Shown here: positions 1 through 10,015 of the stretch, in pieces
Numbering within the stretch: the first letter of the stretch is position 1
Layout: each line of letters begins with the position of its first letter
NCBI GenBank assembly: GCA_964402215.1
Contig: CAYOAT010000003.1
Location: forward strand, 29,167-93,166
Length of the DNA stretch: 64,000 bases
Reading direction: 5' to 3'
DNA from: an uncultured Candidatus Saccharibacteria bacterium
GTDB taxonomy: Bacteria > Patescibacteriota > Minisyncoccia > Phycocordibacterales > JAACPR01
Notes under the pieces: model-generated
Seen by the model: the letters and a program-made list of their open reading frames with translations, nothing else
What the model was told of the DNA's origin: nothing
Database searches by the model: none
Program-made: the position numbers and the translations under genes

Positions 1-289
1 CGATGATGATTGTGTCGCGGTGGATACTGGTGATCATTGGGGTGATTTGGCTTCAGAACTTTCTAAATATATACCAAAATTACCTGTAGACCCGATGGGT
101 GGACAGGGGAAGGACGAGAACGGAGATGATGCAGGATATTATTCATATTATTATGCAACACCGGGGCACATAAAGGTCCATATAGGTGAATATGATCAGC
201 CATTTGATAATAGTTCTTATCTTATTGCTGCACAGTTATTGGAATCTACAGAAGGAGAGTCGTTTTCAAAGGGTTTCGGTTCGTTCTAA
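1..289 (+). CDS. C-terminal part of a pilin-associated protein (starts before the window); paralog of the C-terminal domain of 1045..1956
   Basis: Frame open from position 2 (DDDCVAVDTGDHWGDLASELSKYIPKLPVDP...GFGSF) aligns by eye with DDLCIAYDFSGSWDILAGELADYIDPLPVDP...GFGSW. Confidence 0.7.
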   Translation, partial: DDDCVAVDTGDHWGDLASELSKYIPKLPVDPMGGQGKDENGDDAGYYSYYYATPGHIKVHIGEYDQPFDNSSYLIAAQLLESTEGESFSKGFGSF

Positions 290-306
290 CTCAATCTTCG
301 TAATTT

Positions 307-342
307 AAAAACACCCCGTTCTCCTAAGCGGGGTGTTTTTTT
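307..342 (+). terminator. Intrinsic terminator
   Basis: AAAAACACCCCG-loop-CGGGGTGTTTTTTT after the stop at 289. Confidence 0.75.
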
Positions 343-424
343 GGATGTGATATTCAATTAAAAATAAATACAAAAAAACCCGCGCAGTTTGCACTGTGCG
401 GGCCTAGATCGAAAATCGATCAGG

Positions 425-874
425 TTACTTCATGCTTGTTGTCACCAGATAACCACCGCCTAGGACCATCGAGATCCCAATTAGTAGCTTTGGCAACAAA
501 ACATGTTCGGCCTCATCAAACACTGTCAGGCCGATTATCGAAGAAATTACTGGGTAAGTTGCAAAAAGAACAATTACAATGCACATCTTTGATTCTGGAT
601 GTGCAAGTGAATGTGAACTTGCAATAAAACCAATGCCACAGATAATTGCTGCCACAGCTCCAATCAATGCAGATTGAACATTTGGAAAGCAATTATTTGC
701 GGCAATTGATTCCCTGGATATAATCGAGACCAATGCAATAGCTCCGAGGCAAAGTCCGTAGATAAGGTTGAAACCTTCTGCGGTCAGACCTTTACCAAGA
801 GCGAGTTTGGCGATTGGGCCAGATATACCAAAGCAAACTGAGGCGACAAGCGCCCAAAAAATATCAATTTTCAA
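425..874 (-). CDS. EamA/DMT-family small membrane transporter
   Basis: About 5 hydrophobic helices, FGISGPIAK and ATYPVIS motifs; AAGGAG RBS before TTG. Confidence 0.65.
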   Translation of the reverse strand: MKIDIFWALVASVCFGISGPIAKLALGKGLTAEGFNLIYGLCLGAIALVSIISRESIAANNCFPNVQSALIGAVAAIICGIGFIASSHSLAHPESKMCIVIVLFATYPVISSIIGLTVFDEAEHVLLPKLLIGISMVLGGGYLVTTSMK

Positions 875-923
875 CTTCTTTCTCCTTTGTTAAGTGAACG
901 GTTAAATCTTCTTCCCGCGCAAA

Positions 924-952
924 TTTATACTAAAAATGTTATGTTTTGTCAA
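924..952 (-). promoter_or_regulatory. sigma70-type promoter
   Basis: TTGACA-17-TATAAA on the minus strand. Confidence 0.65.
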
Positions 953-1044
953 TTGCGGTTTTAAGTTCTGTTTAGCTTTTTGATTTCGTTTATATCCAAG
1001 CTATAATACATTATTGTTCGTTTAATAGTTTAAATAATTTCAAT

Positions 1045-1956
1045 ATGTCATTTAACATCTCTCGTCGTTCTAGCACACAGAAGGGTTTCACTCTCTTAGA
1101 AATGCTTTTGGTGATTGCAATCATTGCAATACTTGCGGCAATTGTCATCGTCGCAATTAATCCTGCTCGACAATTAGCTCAGGCACGTAATGCACAGAGA
1201 GCTAGTGATTTAAATGCTCTATACAAAGCCACACAGCAATATTTAATTGATAATAACGGTGTATGGCCCGAAGCAGCTAGTTTGGATGAGGATCTACAAG
1301 AAATTTGTGGTACTGGTGGTGGCACCAGCGGGTGTGTTGATTTGACGGCTGAACTTGTCCCAGACTATATAGCTGCTCTTCCACAAAATCCAGACGGTGG
1401 TAATTATCATATAGCGATTAGACAAAATAAACCCGCTCTTATGGCTCCTGGTAGTACAGAAAATGATCTTGTTGGTGTAGTCATTGGAAATGTTGAACAA
1501 AGTGAAGTTTCAGAAGGTGAGGAAGATCCAGAAGATTGTTCTGATTTAACTGGTGATGATAGACGAGTTTGTGATTTGGCAGCAATTCATGAAGCAATAG
1601 AAGATTATATTGCTGATAATGATCATGCGCCTTATTTGGGTGGTGGGTGTACCATGGAAAATGGTCAAGATGATCTTTGCATCGCTTACGATTTTTCTGG
1701 TTCTTGGGATATTCTTGCGGGTGAACTTGCTGATTATATTGATCCATTACCAGTCGACCCTTGCGGTGAGGATTGTTATTATGAGGCAGACGGCACAAAG
1801 TTCTTTTTTTCATATGGATATGCTGCACCAGGAGAATTAGTTGATTTTTGTGCGGACCGCGAATGTGTAGGTGATAATACTGCGTATGGTTTACATGCCG
1901 AACAGTTAGAGGATGAGGTTGGCGGTCGAATTAGTTACGGTTTTGGTTCTTGGTAA
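1045..1956 (+). CDS. Type IV pilin-like protein with a second pilin-like head domain
   Basis: Prepilin motif KGFTLLEMLLVIAIIAIL; acidic Cys-rich C-terminal region. Confidence 0.85.
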   Translation: MSFNISRRSSTQKGFTLLEMLLVIAIIAILAAIVIVAINPARQLAQARNAQRASDLNALYKATQQYLIDNNGVWPEAASLDEDLQEICGTGGGTSGCVDLTAELVPDYIAALPQNPDGGNYHIAIRQNKPALMAPGSTENDLVGVVIGNVEQSEVSEGEEDPEDCSDLTGDDRRVCDLAAIHEAIEDYIADNDHAPYLGGGCTMENGQDDLCIAYDFSGSWDILAGELADYIDPLPVDPCGEDCYYEADGTKFFFSYGYAAPGELVDFCADRECVGDNTAYGLHAEQLEDEVGGRISYGFGSW

Positions 1957-1984
1957 ATTCAGTATAAAAAGCTAACATATAGAA

Positions 1985-3340
1985 ATGTCATATATTATTT
2001 CAATTTCTCACGCGCTGCTAGATATTTTTGCAGGCGGCCGAAGTAATGTAAAAGTTTACCTATTCTTTGTATATTTTGCGGTTTTATTTTTGATTACTTT
2101 TCTTGTAAAAAGAAATCTTTCTGAAAAAACAAAAAAAATAAGCCAATATTTATTTTTATCAACGATAATCGCGGGACATATTCTTGGTTCAATTGTTTTT
2201 TTGAATTTCGCCCATCAGTATGGTTTTGAAAAGAATGATTTTGTTTTGACATTTAATAACGGGGAAGTTTCCAGTTCCCAATTGTCGCATAATCATGTTT
2301 TGAAAGGTTCTGTTGGATTGGGTCTAAATCATTTTGACAGTGGAAAATTTGAAAACATTGATGCCGGGCTTCCTTTCGTTGGAATTATTCCAGGTTACAT
2401 TTTGTGGGTTGGAATAATCTTGGTTTTACTAGCGGCATTTTCTTCTCTAGTATTTTTTGCAACTTTAATTTCGCAAAGAACTAATTTATCCAAAAAAGTT
2501 ATATTTTTGGTGGCATTTGCATTTGCAGCGTTTCCCTTGATAAAAGCGATTTCTGATGGGGGACTTTTCTTATCAAATACTTTGCCAATATTGGCAGCAC
2601 TCTTTTATGGAATATATAACAGTAAAAATGGAAAAAAACTTTGTGTGATTACGTCCGCACTTTATGTCGCATGGACAATTATCGCCTGGAAATATTTCTT
2701 CTTTGAAGAGGATTATCAATTAAAAGCCCATATTTTGGCCAGCATTATTCCTTTTACAATTTTAATGACCCTTTTTGTCGTAGAAAAACACGCGACGAGA
2801 AGAGTCTCATATCTATTAGGAATAGTTCTTGTTCTTTCAATTATTTATTACCCGATGTACACCGAATTAAGTACGATTTCAAAATATCGAGAACACAAAG
2901 CCGTGGGCGGGATTGTTGCGCTTTATTCTACGCCAACAGATTTTCCTGGAACATTTAAATCAAGTCTAGGTGGCTTAAATTTTTATGAAATCAATGAAAA
3001 TATTTTGGTTGATGACGTTATTAATAAATATTATTTGTTAGACAATATTTATCCTGTTGCTGTACCGTGGAAAACATGTATTCCAACAACGTTTGGTGAT
3101 GAATATACTTTTTCTGTTAATGTGAAAAGTGATCAGGTTATTGATTTAGAAAATAAAATTAAATTATCACAATTTAATAAAACCGAAGTTAAGTTTGTTG
3201 AGGAAAAGGATGGAATATCAAAATATGATGCGGCAGTCACAATAAAACCTTGTTTGCCAAGGCACTTGAACGTTATGCAAGAATATTTAAAGAGTAAATT
3301 TGTCGAACCATTCTTTGTATATAATATTAATAAAATATAA
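1985..3340 (+). CDS. Multi-pass membrane protein, function unknown
   Basis: 451 aa, many TM segments then a soluble C-terminus; stop overlaps the next start. Confidence 0.75.
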   Translation: MSYIISISHALLDIFAGGRSNVKVYLFFVYFAVLFLITFLVKRNLSEKTKKISQYLFLSTIIAGHILGSIVFLNFAHQYGFEKNDFVLTFNNGEVSSSQLSHNHVLKGSVGLGLNHFDSGKFENIDAGLPFVGIIPGYILWVGIILVLLAAFSSLVFFATLISQRTNLSKKVIFLVAFAFAAFPLIKAISDGGLFLSNTLPILAALFYGIYNSKNGKKLCVITSALYVAWTIIAWKYFFFEEDYQLKAHILASIIPFTILMTLFVVEKHATRRVSYLLGIVLVLSIIYYPMYTELSTISKYREHKAVGGIVALYSTPTDFPGTFKSSLGGLNFYEINENILVDDVINKYYLLDNIYPVAVPWKTCIPTTFGDEYTFSVNVKSDQVIDLENKIKLSQFNKTEVKFVEEKDGISKYDAAVTIKPCLPRHLNVMQEYLKSKFVEPFFVYNINKI

Positions 3341-3849
3341 TGAAAGAAATTTTTATTAATGTTTTTATCTTTTTAATTCCCCCGATGATTGTTAACGGAT
3401 CGTTTAATTTCTTATCACCATTACGTAGAAAAAATTCTTTTTTTGCAAAATTAGATAGACCAATTGATTTTGGTAAATTGTTTTTTGATGGCCGCAGAAT
3501 ACTGGGGGATTCCACGACTTTTCCTGGAATTATTGTCGCAATAATAGTCGGACCTATCGTTGGTTTTATTGTTTATAATTCACTTTACATTGGTCTACTT
3601 ATTGGAATTTGTACTTATCTTGGCCACGCGGTTGGAAGTTTTTTGAAAAGAAGAGTGGGAATTTCAGATGGTAAATTTTTGCCAGTAATTGATCATAGTG
3701 ATTATATAATGTTCAATGGAATTGTTTGGTTAGTGCTCGGACTATTAAGTTTTAAAATATTCTTAATTTCTTGGTTAACTATTTTAATTATTCACCCAAT
3801 GTTTTGCTATTTAGGATATAAATTAGGAATTCGCACAACAATACTTTAA
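3340..3849 (+). CDS. CDP-archaeol synthase (CarS/DUF46)-like membrane CTP transferase
   Basis: PIDFGKLFFDGRRILGDSTTFPG and GSFLKRRVGI...PVIDHSD motifs. Confidence 0.75.
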   Translation: MKEIFINVFIFLIPPMIVNGSFNFLSPLRRKNSFFAKLDRPIDFGKLFFDGRRILGDSTTFPGIIVAIIVGPIVGFIVYNSLYIGLLIGICTYLGHAVGSFLKRRVGISDGKFLPVIDHSDYIMFNGIVWLVLGLLSFKIFLISWLTILIIHPMFCYLGYKLGIRTTIL

Positions 3850-4436
3850 CTAACTTTCTTTTTTTTATAAAAAACTAAAATTGTTAACAACAACATAATT
3901 ATTATTCCCAAAGAAAATCCAATCAATCCGTATTTGCCTGTGAAAATATAAATGTAATGGGAGGCTTGCCAGCCGATTAGACCTAAAATAGTGATTCTAA
4001 TAATTGATCCAAGAAATGTAACAATTAAAAATGTTTTGAGTGAAAAATTCCACAAACCACCAATGACTGTCGCCACAAGACCTGAAAAATTTGGCAATAA
4101 TCGCATTAAAAAAAACATAGAAATAGAACCATCTTTGTGAGAAAGGGAGTTTTCTTTAATTTTATGAATTATTTTTTGTAATTTGGTTTGTTTTTCATCA
4201 ATCTTTGTAAATCCATATTTTGATAAGAGAAAGATCGGAATAGAGCCAATAGCGACGCCAAGAGCGGCGGGTAAAACTAAAAATAAAAAGAAATATCCAA
4301 AATTTAAAAAATTTAGCGGATTGCCAATCATAAATCCACCGATTGATACTTGGGCGACTGTCGAAGGAATAAAGAAAAGAATTTCTTCAAGAACTGAAAG
4401 TGACAATGATATATAAATAAAAAATAGTGCAGTCAT
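3846..4436 (-). CDS. DedA/VTT (SNARE-associated) family membrane protein
   Basis: LEEILFFIPS, FFLMRLLP, TFLGSIIR motifs. Confidence 0.7.
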   Translation of the reverse strand: MTALFFIYISLSLSVLEEILFFIPSTVAQVSIGGFMIGNPLNFLNFGYFFLFLVLPAALGVAIGSIPIFLLSKYGFTKIDEKQTKLQKIIHKIKENSLSHKDGSISMFFLMRLLPNFSGLVATVIGGLWNFSLKTFLIVTFLGSIIRITILGLIGWQASHYIYIFTGKYGLIGFSLGIIIMLLLTILVFYKKKKVS

Positions 4437-4545
4437 TTAATTTGTTTATCAATTATAATTTGGTTTTAACAAGAATGCGAATATTATTCAATTTCTGAAG
4501 AATTTTAAAACCCGCTGCAGTTGCAACGGGTTTTGTTGAGGGATG

Positions 4546-4950
4546 TTAATCTCTCGCTTTGCGAACATCCTTTATCGTGATGAGTTTTTCGCCCCTTGGC
4601 AGAAGTGCCATGTTTCCATTTCCACCCAGGATTTCGAGCCCTCCATTTGGGAGGCGACGCCACCCATGTTTCAAAAGAACGACCAGGAAACCGTCGCTTC
4701 GATCATCAAGTTTCCAGTCGATTTTGTCAAACGGCTGGTGAGCTATCCAATCACATTCGATTTCGATTGAACCACTGATGAGAATGATTGAACGAATTCT
4801 CCCACCAACTAGTTTGTCACGAGTAACGTGATGTGATAAAACTGCTTGGCAACCGATGTAGCCATTCAGCATGGATTGACTCAGTGTATCCGCCCCGCGT
4901 TCGACAAGGGCGTCGAGCATGGCTTCGTACAAATATGTATGTCTTGGCAC
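4546..4950 (-). CDS. Hypothetical protein (stand-alone module)
   Basis: AAGGAG RBS before GTG, TTGACA at 5021-5026, hairpin terminator at about 4507-4535. Confidence 0.65.
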   Translation of the reverse strand: MPRHTYLYEAMLDALVERGADTLSQSMLNGYIGCQAVLSHHVTRDKLVGGRIRSIILISGSIEIECDWIAHQPFDKIDWKLDDRSDGFLVVLLKHGWRRLPNGGLEILGGNGNMALLPRGEKLITIKDVRKARD

Positions 4951-5098
4951 GTAACGTTCTCCTTTGCTTTCTGTTTATAGTTCCAATTCCGTATATGACA
5001 TTACCACTGGTTATTATATGTGTCAACTTCGCAGAAAGTTATAGAAAATAATCAAAATAAAAAGCCCCGCCGGTGTTTTTAGGGCGGGGGATAAGGGT

Positions 5099-5434
5099 TT
5101 AGGAACAAATTGAAATAATTATCTGACTTTCCGATTCGCTGCCATCAAGTGATTCGTGATAGATTTCTTTTTTTCTTTCTGTCGTTGTTGCGGCCTCAAG
5201 GTCACTTATAGATTGTCTCTCTATTGCTTTTTCAATCGCAATTGCTTCTTTGCTTCCGGGCCGTGCTTCTGCCAGTAAGTCATGTCTGTCACGCTGGGTT
5301 ATTGCTTCTCTTAGTCTTTCCATCAAATCGTCGTGCGCAGGTAGTTTGATACCAAACGCAACGGCAATTTTCCAAGCATCGATACCGTGCTTTCTGTGGA
5401 GCGCGATACAATCTTTATATGTTTTTGGTGCCAT
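5099..5434 (-). CDS. Hypothetical helical protein (likely start ATG at 5434)
   Basis: GAAAGGA RBS before MAPKTYKD; terminator at about 5060-5090. Confidence 0.6.
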   Translation of the reverse strand: MAPKTYKDCIALHRKHGIDAWKIAVAFGIKLPAHDDLMERLREAITQRDRHDLLAEARPGSKEAIAIEKAIERQSISDLEAATTTERKKEIYHESLDGSESESQIIISICS

Positions 5435-5491
5435 CTGTAATGTCCTTTCTGAGGAAAATATTATCACAAATTTTGTGATAATATAGTAAAT

Positions 5492-5746
5492 ATGAGTCAT
5501 GAAACATTTAAAAAAATAGATCCACCAATTGAATCAGAATTGGCGCTCGACACAAGGCAAGCGCTTTTGGATTTAATAAAATTAAAAAATTACGGCGGTT
5601 TGGATACTGAAAAAATTAATATACAGTTATTATTTATAAAAGAGAGAATTAAAAATCTTTTTGAAAATAATGATCCGTATGCAGAAGAGCTAAGCGATAT
5701 GTTAAAAGGGAATTTTAGTGGTTTTGAACAAGGCTCTATTGAATAG
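5492..5746 (+). CDS. Hypothetical protein
   Basis: 84 aa ORF with host-like AT-rich composition. Confidence 0.55.
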   Translation: MSHETFKKIDPPIESELALDTRQALLDLIKLKNYGGLDTEKINIQLLFIKERIKNLFENNDPYAEELSDMLKGNFSGFEQGSIE

Positions 5747-5806
5747 TAGATTTTTTTGAATAAAAAGAAAACACCTCGCGCTCGCGGGTGTTCTTGTTTT
5801 TTTGTT

Positions 5807-6112
5807 TCATGTGAAGATCCTCCGAACAGCCCGCCAAAATGCGCGGAATATTCGTCGGACCAGGTTCAGCATTCCTCTTGCGAGAAACAGTGCAAACCTT
5901 TTGAGATGACAACTTGCCCATCTCAGGATCGCCTTTGTGGGTTTTGCGATGAATGTTTTGAACATCCATCGCAAGGGCTTGATCACAAGGTTCTGGCCAA
6001 TAACTCGCCAGTAACCCTTGAACAATTTAGGCCCGCCCAGAATCAGGGCAATACCTGATCCCGCGACGACCATGACCAGGATGTTTTGCAACATCATCAA
6101 CGTTTCGTTCAC
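5807..6112 (-). CDS. Small basic membrane protein
   Basis: N-terminal TM, Arg/Lys-rich tail, RBS, terminator at about 5768-5792. Confidence 0.6.
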   Translation of the reverse strand: MNETLMMLQNILVMVVAGSGIALILGGPKLFKGYWRVIGQNLVIKPLRWMFKTFIAKPTKAILRWASCHLKRFALFLARGMLNLVRRIFRAFWRAVRRIFT

Positions 6113-6155
6113 CTGAAATCCTTTCTTTAAGATTTGTGAATGTACTATTTATAAA

Positions 6156-6184
6156 ATTATACCAGATTGTGATGGTATTGTCAA
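6156..6184 (-). promoter_or_regulatory. Perfect consensus sigma70 promoter
   Basis: TTGACA-17-TATAAT on the minus strand. Confidence 0.8.
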
Positions 6185-6194
6185 ATGTAAATAT

Positions 6195-7127
6195 TTATTT
6201 CAAAAAGAAAGCTAATTTTGGAAGTAATGGGTCTATTTGAACTCCAACTCCTTCGTTTACTAAAAAATCTAAACCCGTCATATGATGTGCTAGATCCTCG
6301 TAGTTTGTTCCAAGTATTGTATTATATTCTTCGACAAGAATACCTTGGTTTGGGATACAAGATGTTTCGCTAATACCTTTTAGTTTTGCATAAGTAGCAG
6401 TGTGTTCCGCCTCACTTTCTTTTGGCTTAAAAATATTTTGCAAACCCTCGTCGTTTACAACAACATTTCGGTATTCTCTCTTTTCCCAATAGGCCGTATC
6501 GATAATTTGATCTCGTGTTGGAAACTCGGCACAATGCACAACAATACTTTTTACCATTTTAAGCATTTTTTCTGTACCATCAATACTGCTTTTAAGTTTA
6601 TCTGTTAGTGCAGCCTCATTTGGTAAGTTATTTGCCGCGGCTTCTTTTTTGTATTCAGAAGAATCAACAAAAAAATGTAAATGAGCGGTATCTGATTCTT
6701 TAAACTCGAAGCCTCTTTTTTGAGCTTCTAAAAGTGCAATTTTAAGTTTTTCGCCCAGCTGTTGAACAATAAGTTCTTGTGTTTGTGGATTAAAACTTTC
6801 GGCAAAATTGGCGTGGTAAACATCAGTCATCCTGGCTGAAGTTTTCTCTATACTGGAGGCGATTTTTTCATATTCAGCCTGAGTCAAGGAAATTCTACCG
6901 CCGGTTATTGGAAGGGTATGATTGATTACTCTTTCTACTGCTTCAATTTTTGATTCGGCTGAATCATTTGTTTCATGTTTATCGGCCAAAGTTGCAAAAG
7001 GAAGCATTCCAATAGCACCAAATGCTATGGCTTTTTTTAAAAACTCACGTCTCGAAAGATTACTATCCTCAGGATTATTTTTCTCAGGTGTTTCTATTTT
7101 TGGTTGTGGGGGACCTTCGAATTTCAT
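6195..7127 (-). CDS. Hypothetical protein with a twin-arginine-like N-terminal motif
   Basis: SRREFLKKAIAFGAIG followed by a soluble domain. Confidence 0.7.
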   Translation of the reverse strand: MKFEGPPQPKIETPEKNNPEDSNLSRREFLKKAIAFGAIGMLPFATLADKHETNDSAESKIEAVERVINHTLPITGGRISLTQAEYEKIASSIEKTSARMTDVYHANFAESFNPQTQELIVQQLGEKLKIALLEAQKRGFEFKESDTAHLHFFVDSSEYKKEAAANNLPNEAALTDKLKSSIDGTEKMLKMVKSIVVHCAEFPTRDQIIDTAYWEKREYRNVVVNDEGLQNIFKPKESEAEHTATYAKLKGISETSCIPNQGILVEEYNTILGTNYEDLAHHMTGLDFLVNEGVGVQIDPLLPKLAFFLK

Positions 7128-7234
7128 ATTTTTATTGTATTTACTTAATATAAGTATATCAAGTAAATACTAAACGATATTAAACAAAACAAAAGGACCA
7201 GATTTTGCAATCTGGTCCGTAGGTACATTTTCCG

Positions 7235-8017
7235 TTATTCTGAGCTGGTCGTTTCGTCGTTCGATAACGCGTCCAGTTCTCTTGCCAATTTGACTAGCTT
7301 GGCTTTTGCCTTCTCGCTAATCGGCATGGCGTCTTTCAAAATAGGAAGCATTTTTTCAGATGTAATATCTAAATCCATGCAGACTAACGCCATCCAGAAA
7401 CTGGCTGCCGTAGCGATTCTATCCGATTCGGATTCTTCATCATTTAGACTTGGCAACGTTGTCACTTGACCCGCATCGATAATATAGTTCATTATATTAT
7501 CGTAACGTTCACCGTCTGATTCTCCAGAGCACACGTCAATGACGAAATTTCCGTCAAGGTTAATTACTCTCCAGGTTTGTTTTATTGGCATAAATTCCTC
7601 TATGCCTAAAAACCTTGGTGACATATAAAATCCCGAACTCTGTGAGTCTTCCGGAGGAGGAAATTCCAAGTTCACCAAGAGAGCAGCCAACGTGGATTTC
7701 ACGTCAGTAACCTCCAATGAAATTGTGACATCCCAATCGTCGCCCGATTGTTCCTCGGCAAGAATGGAAAAATTTCTCCATTGAATCGGGGTTGTTTTCA
7801 TCGCTTCAATGAAAACGTCCTTATCCCTTGAATTGACTGTTTGCTCTTGCATTTGACTGTAGCGCTCAAACTTCCAATTCTTGAAAAAAGACTGAACAAC
7901 TTTGCCGGCCGGGCTTAAGGATTTCTCAGGCACAGCCTGTTTAAAACCACACCCAGACCAAGCAAACACCATTGCCAATATCATGGCAAAACAAACCATT
8001 TTCGTCTTCATCAGCAT
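7235..8017 (-). CDS. Putative lipoprotein
   Basis: Signal peptide with lipobox-like WSGC; GGGAG RBS; TTGACA at 8102-8107; terminator at about 7191-7218. Confidence 0.7.
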   Translation of the reverse strand: MLMKTKMVCFAMILAMVFAWSGCGFKQAVPEKSLSPAGKVVQSFFKNWKFERYSQMQEQTVNSRDKDVFIEAMKTTPIQWRNFSILAEEQSGDDWDVTISLEVTDVKSTLAALLVNLEFPPPEDSQSSGFYMSPRFLGIEEFMPIKQTWRVINLDGNFVIDVCSGESDGERYDNIMNYIIDAGQVTTLPSLNDEESESDRIATAASFWMALVCMDLDITSEKMLPILKDAMPISEKAKAKLVKLARELDALSNDETTSSE

Positions 8018-8155
8018 CTCCCTTTGTTTTAATGTACTTTATTTAGTTTAGTATCTTCTTACCTAAAATTCTCAAAAAAATATACAAAATAATATTGTGC
8101 TTGTCAAATTATCAAAAAATAAAAAACCCCGCGCGAATGCGACGGGGCAAGTATT

Positions 8156-8485
8156 CTATTGTTGCATCACTTGTTCATTGATCGAATAGGTGATGACACC
8201 CGAATCAAAATTTGAAGGATTGTCAGTGCCGATTGCCGCTTTGACAATTGCGATTGCTTCAAATTGAATTGATTCGCCATTGTAGCACATTGGACCAACA
8301 GGTGGGGTTAACACACCTTTCACTTTGAATCCCTCAGTTCCATCTTTCCAGAAGCACACGTGGCTAATTGTTCTGCATTTGAAGACAACGTGTCCCGCAA
8401 AATGCATTTCCATTCTGTGCTCAACGGCCAACATAGCTGCTTCGATTTTATCAGTAAGAACTATTTTTTTCATTTTCAACCTCAC
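8156..8485 (-). CDS. Hypothetical protein
   Basis: 109 aa ORF between a terminator (about 8121-8147) and TTGACA (8568-8573). Confidence 0.55.
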   Translation of the reverse strand: MRLKMKKIVLTDKIEAAMLAVEHRMEMHFAGHVVFKCRTISHVCFWKDGTEGFKVKGVLTPPVGPMCYNGESIQFEAIAIVKAAIGTDNPSNFDSGVITYSINEQVMQQ

Positions 8486-8640
8486 TTGCTGCGGTTTACT
8501 TATAGAAATATTCTATAAATAGTTAACATTGCGCTAACATTTATTACATTGCCAGACAATTTAAAAATGTCAAAGTACACAATTTATTTAAAATGAAAAC
8601 ACCCCGTCAGAAAACGTGCGATGTTTTCACGACGAGGTGT

Positions 8641-8916
8641 CTAAAATATCCAAGAGAATGGCGCTAGTGCCGCTTCGACGCACCACTGAAGGATACTTCT
8701 TACGACTATTTCTAGCCATAGAATAACCCAGAAGATTCCGCCGATGATGGCGAGAATAGCATAGGCCACGATGACCCACAGAACAGTTTCTGCCAAGAAT
8801 TCCAGTGCCCTTGCAGCGGCACTTTTCTCGGCATAGCGGTGGCTATTTTCGCTGGCCACGATGGCGGCGACAACAACAATCACCGCGAGGATCAGGAAAC
8901 CAATCAAGTCTTGCAT
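8641..8916 (-). CDS. Small membrane protein
   Basis: AAGGAG RBS, 2-3 TM segments; downstream of 8929..9159. Confidence 0.65.
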   Translation of the reverse strand: MQDLIGFLILAVIVVVAAIVASENSHRYAEKSAAARALEFLAETVLWVIVAYAILAIIGGIFWVILWLEIVVRSILQWCVEAALAPFSWIF

Positions 8917-8928
8917 GTTTCTCCTTTT

Positions 8929-9159
8929 TTAACGGCAGGTGTTGATGTATATTGCAATCCGCCCAACTATTTCGGTTTCTGCCCCAACAGTTGCGTTAGG
9001 GAACGATTCGTTTATGGTGCGAATCACGAAATTTTGTTGAGATTCAGACAGTACGGCATCGGTGTTCACTGCTTGCCATATTTGTTCCGTGAAATCTCGA
9101 GCGTGTGATCCTGAAGCTCGACTGGTTATCAGTTTCGCCAAAAACTCCTTTGCGTTCAT
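8929..9159 (-). CDS. Hypothetical protein
   Basis: AAGGAG RBS; promoter TTGACA-16-TATAAT at 9202-9229. Confidence 0.65.
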   Translation of the reverse strand: MNAKEFLAKLITSRASGSHARDFTEQIWQAVNTDAVLSESQQNFVIRTINESFPNATVGAETEIVGRIAIYINTCR

Positions 9160-9298
9160 TTTTCTCCTTTTTTTGTTTCTTAAATGTACAAGTTTAGTAA
9201 GATTATACTATGTTTATTGTAAATGTCAAATATAAATTAAACGATTAAAAAACCACTCATCGAAATGAGTGGTATGTTGAGTCAGAAAGTATATTTTT

Positions 9299-9868
9299 CT
9301 ATAACTCGCATTTTTCCAAGTAAGCCAACAGCTCGTCAAGCTTTTCGGTGGAAATATAGTTTGGGTTGTCCAACCAAACTTTTTTTGCAAGCTTACCAAA
9401 ATATTGGTTATTGCTTGCTTTGGCAATCTGTATCGCTTCATCATGCGACATCCAGAGGAGCCGTAGGGCAGTTGCCAACATCACAGCTTCGTCGGCCAAT
9501 TCGGGTAATCCAGAAAATGACATAATGAGATTTTTTGCTGGACCAACGCGAATTGCTCCTCCGTAGCAATTCTTCTCCGGATTTCGGCTTTGCCAACTGC
9601 TGATGTGCTCACTGTTCTGAGCCAATCTCACAGCTTTTTCTTGCGAATAGGCGAAGTATTGCTCTCTTTTTTCCGGGGGGCAAACATCGACAGCAAAAAT
9701 TATGATGGGGATGCCTTTTATCGAGGCGGCATCATAAAGGGTGAAGTACCCACTGTCACGACGTGGTTTTTCCTTGCCGTTTTCTGCTTGGATAATTTCG
9801 GCCATGTCACCGACTGTCCACTGTAGAAATCCCAAGATGTCTACATGACTGCGTCCTAATATCATCAT
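9299..9868 (-). CDS. Hypothetical protein, possibly GlcG/HbpS (DUF336)-like fold
   Basis: EKAVRL...YGGAIRV...SFSGLPELADEAV pattern; AAGGAG RBS. Confidence 0.5.
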   Translation of the reverse strand: MMILGRSHVDILGFLQWTVGDMAEIIQAENGKEKPRRDSGYFTLYDAASIKGIPIIIFAVDVCPPEKREQYFAYSQEKAVRLAQNSEHISSWQSRNPEKNCYGGAIRVGPAKNLIMSFSGLPELADEAVMLATALRLLWMSHDEAIQIAKASNNQYFGKLAKKVWLDNPNYISTEKLDELLAYLEKCEL

Positions 9869-9951
9869 GATCTTTCTCCTTCCATTTTTATTTTTACATT
9901 GTTCAAAATCTGTCCGTGATACTACAATGAAATATGTTTAAGTCAAATTTT

Positions 9952-10015
9952 ACGGACATCGTACGAATCACGGGGAATTAGATTAAGAGCTGGGCAAGGG
10001 AAGTGTGTGATATAA
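9952..10015 (+). repeat. Cassette-boundary repeat R1 (most diverged, truncated)
   Basis: ACGGACATCGTACGAATCACGGGGAATTAGATT...; frame TDIVRITGN*IKSWAREV; ends TGATATAAT. Confidence 0.65.

Noticed and set aside
4546-9868. Prophage
   Set aside because: No recognisable capsid, terminase, tail, integrase or replication genes.
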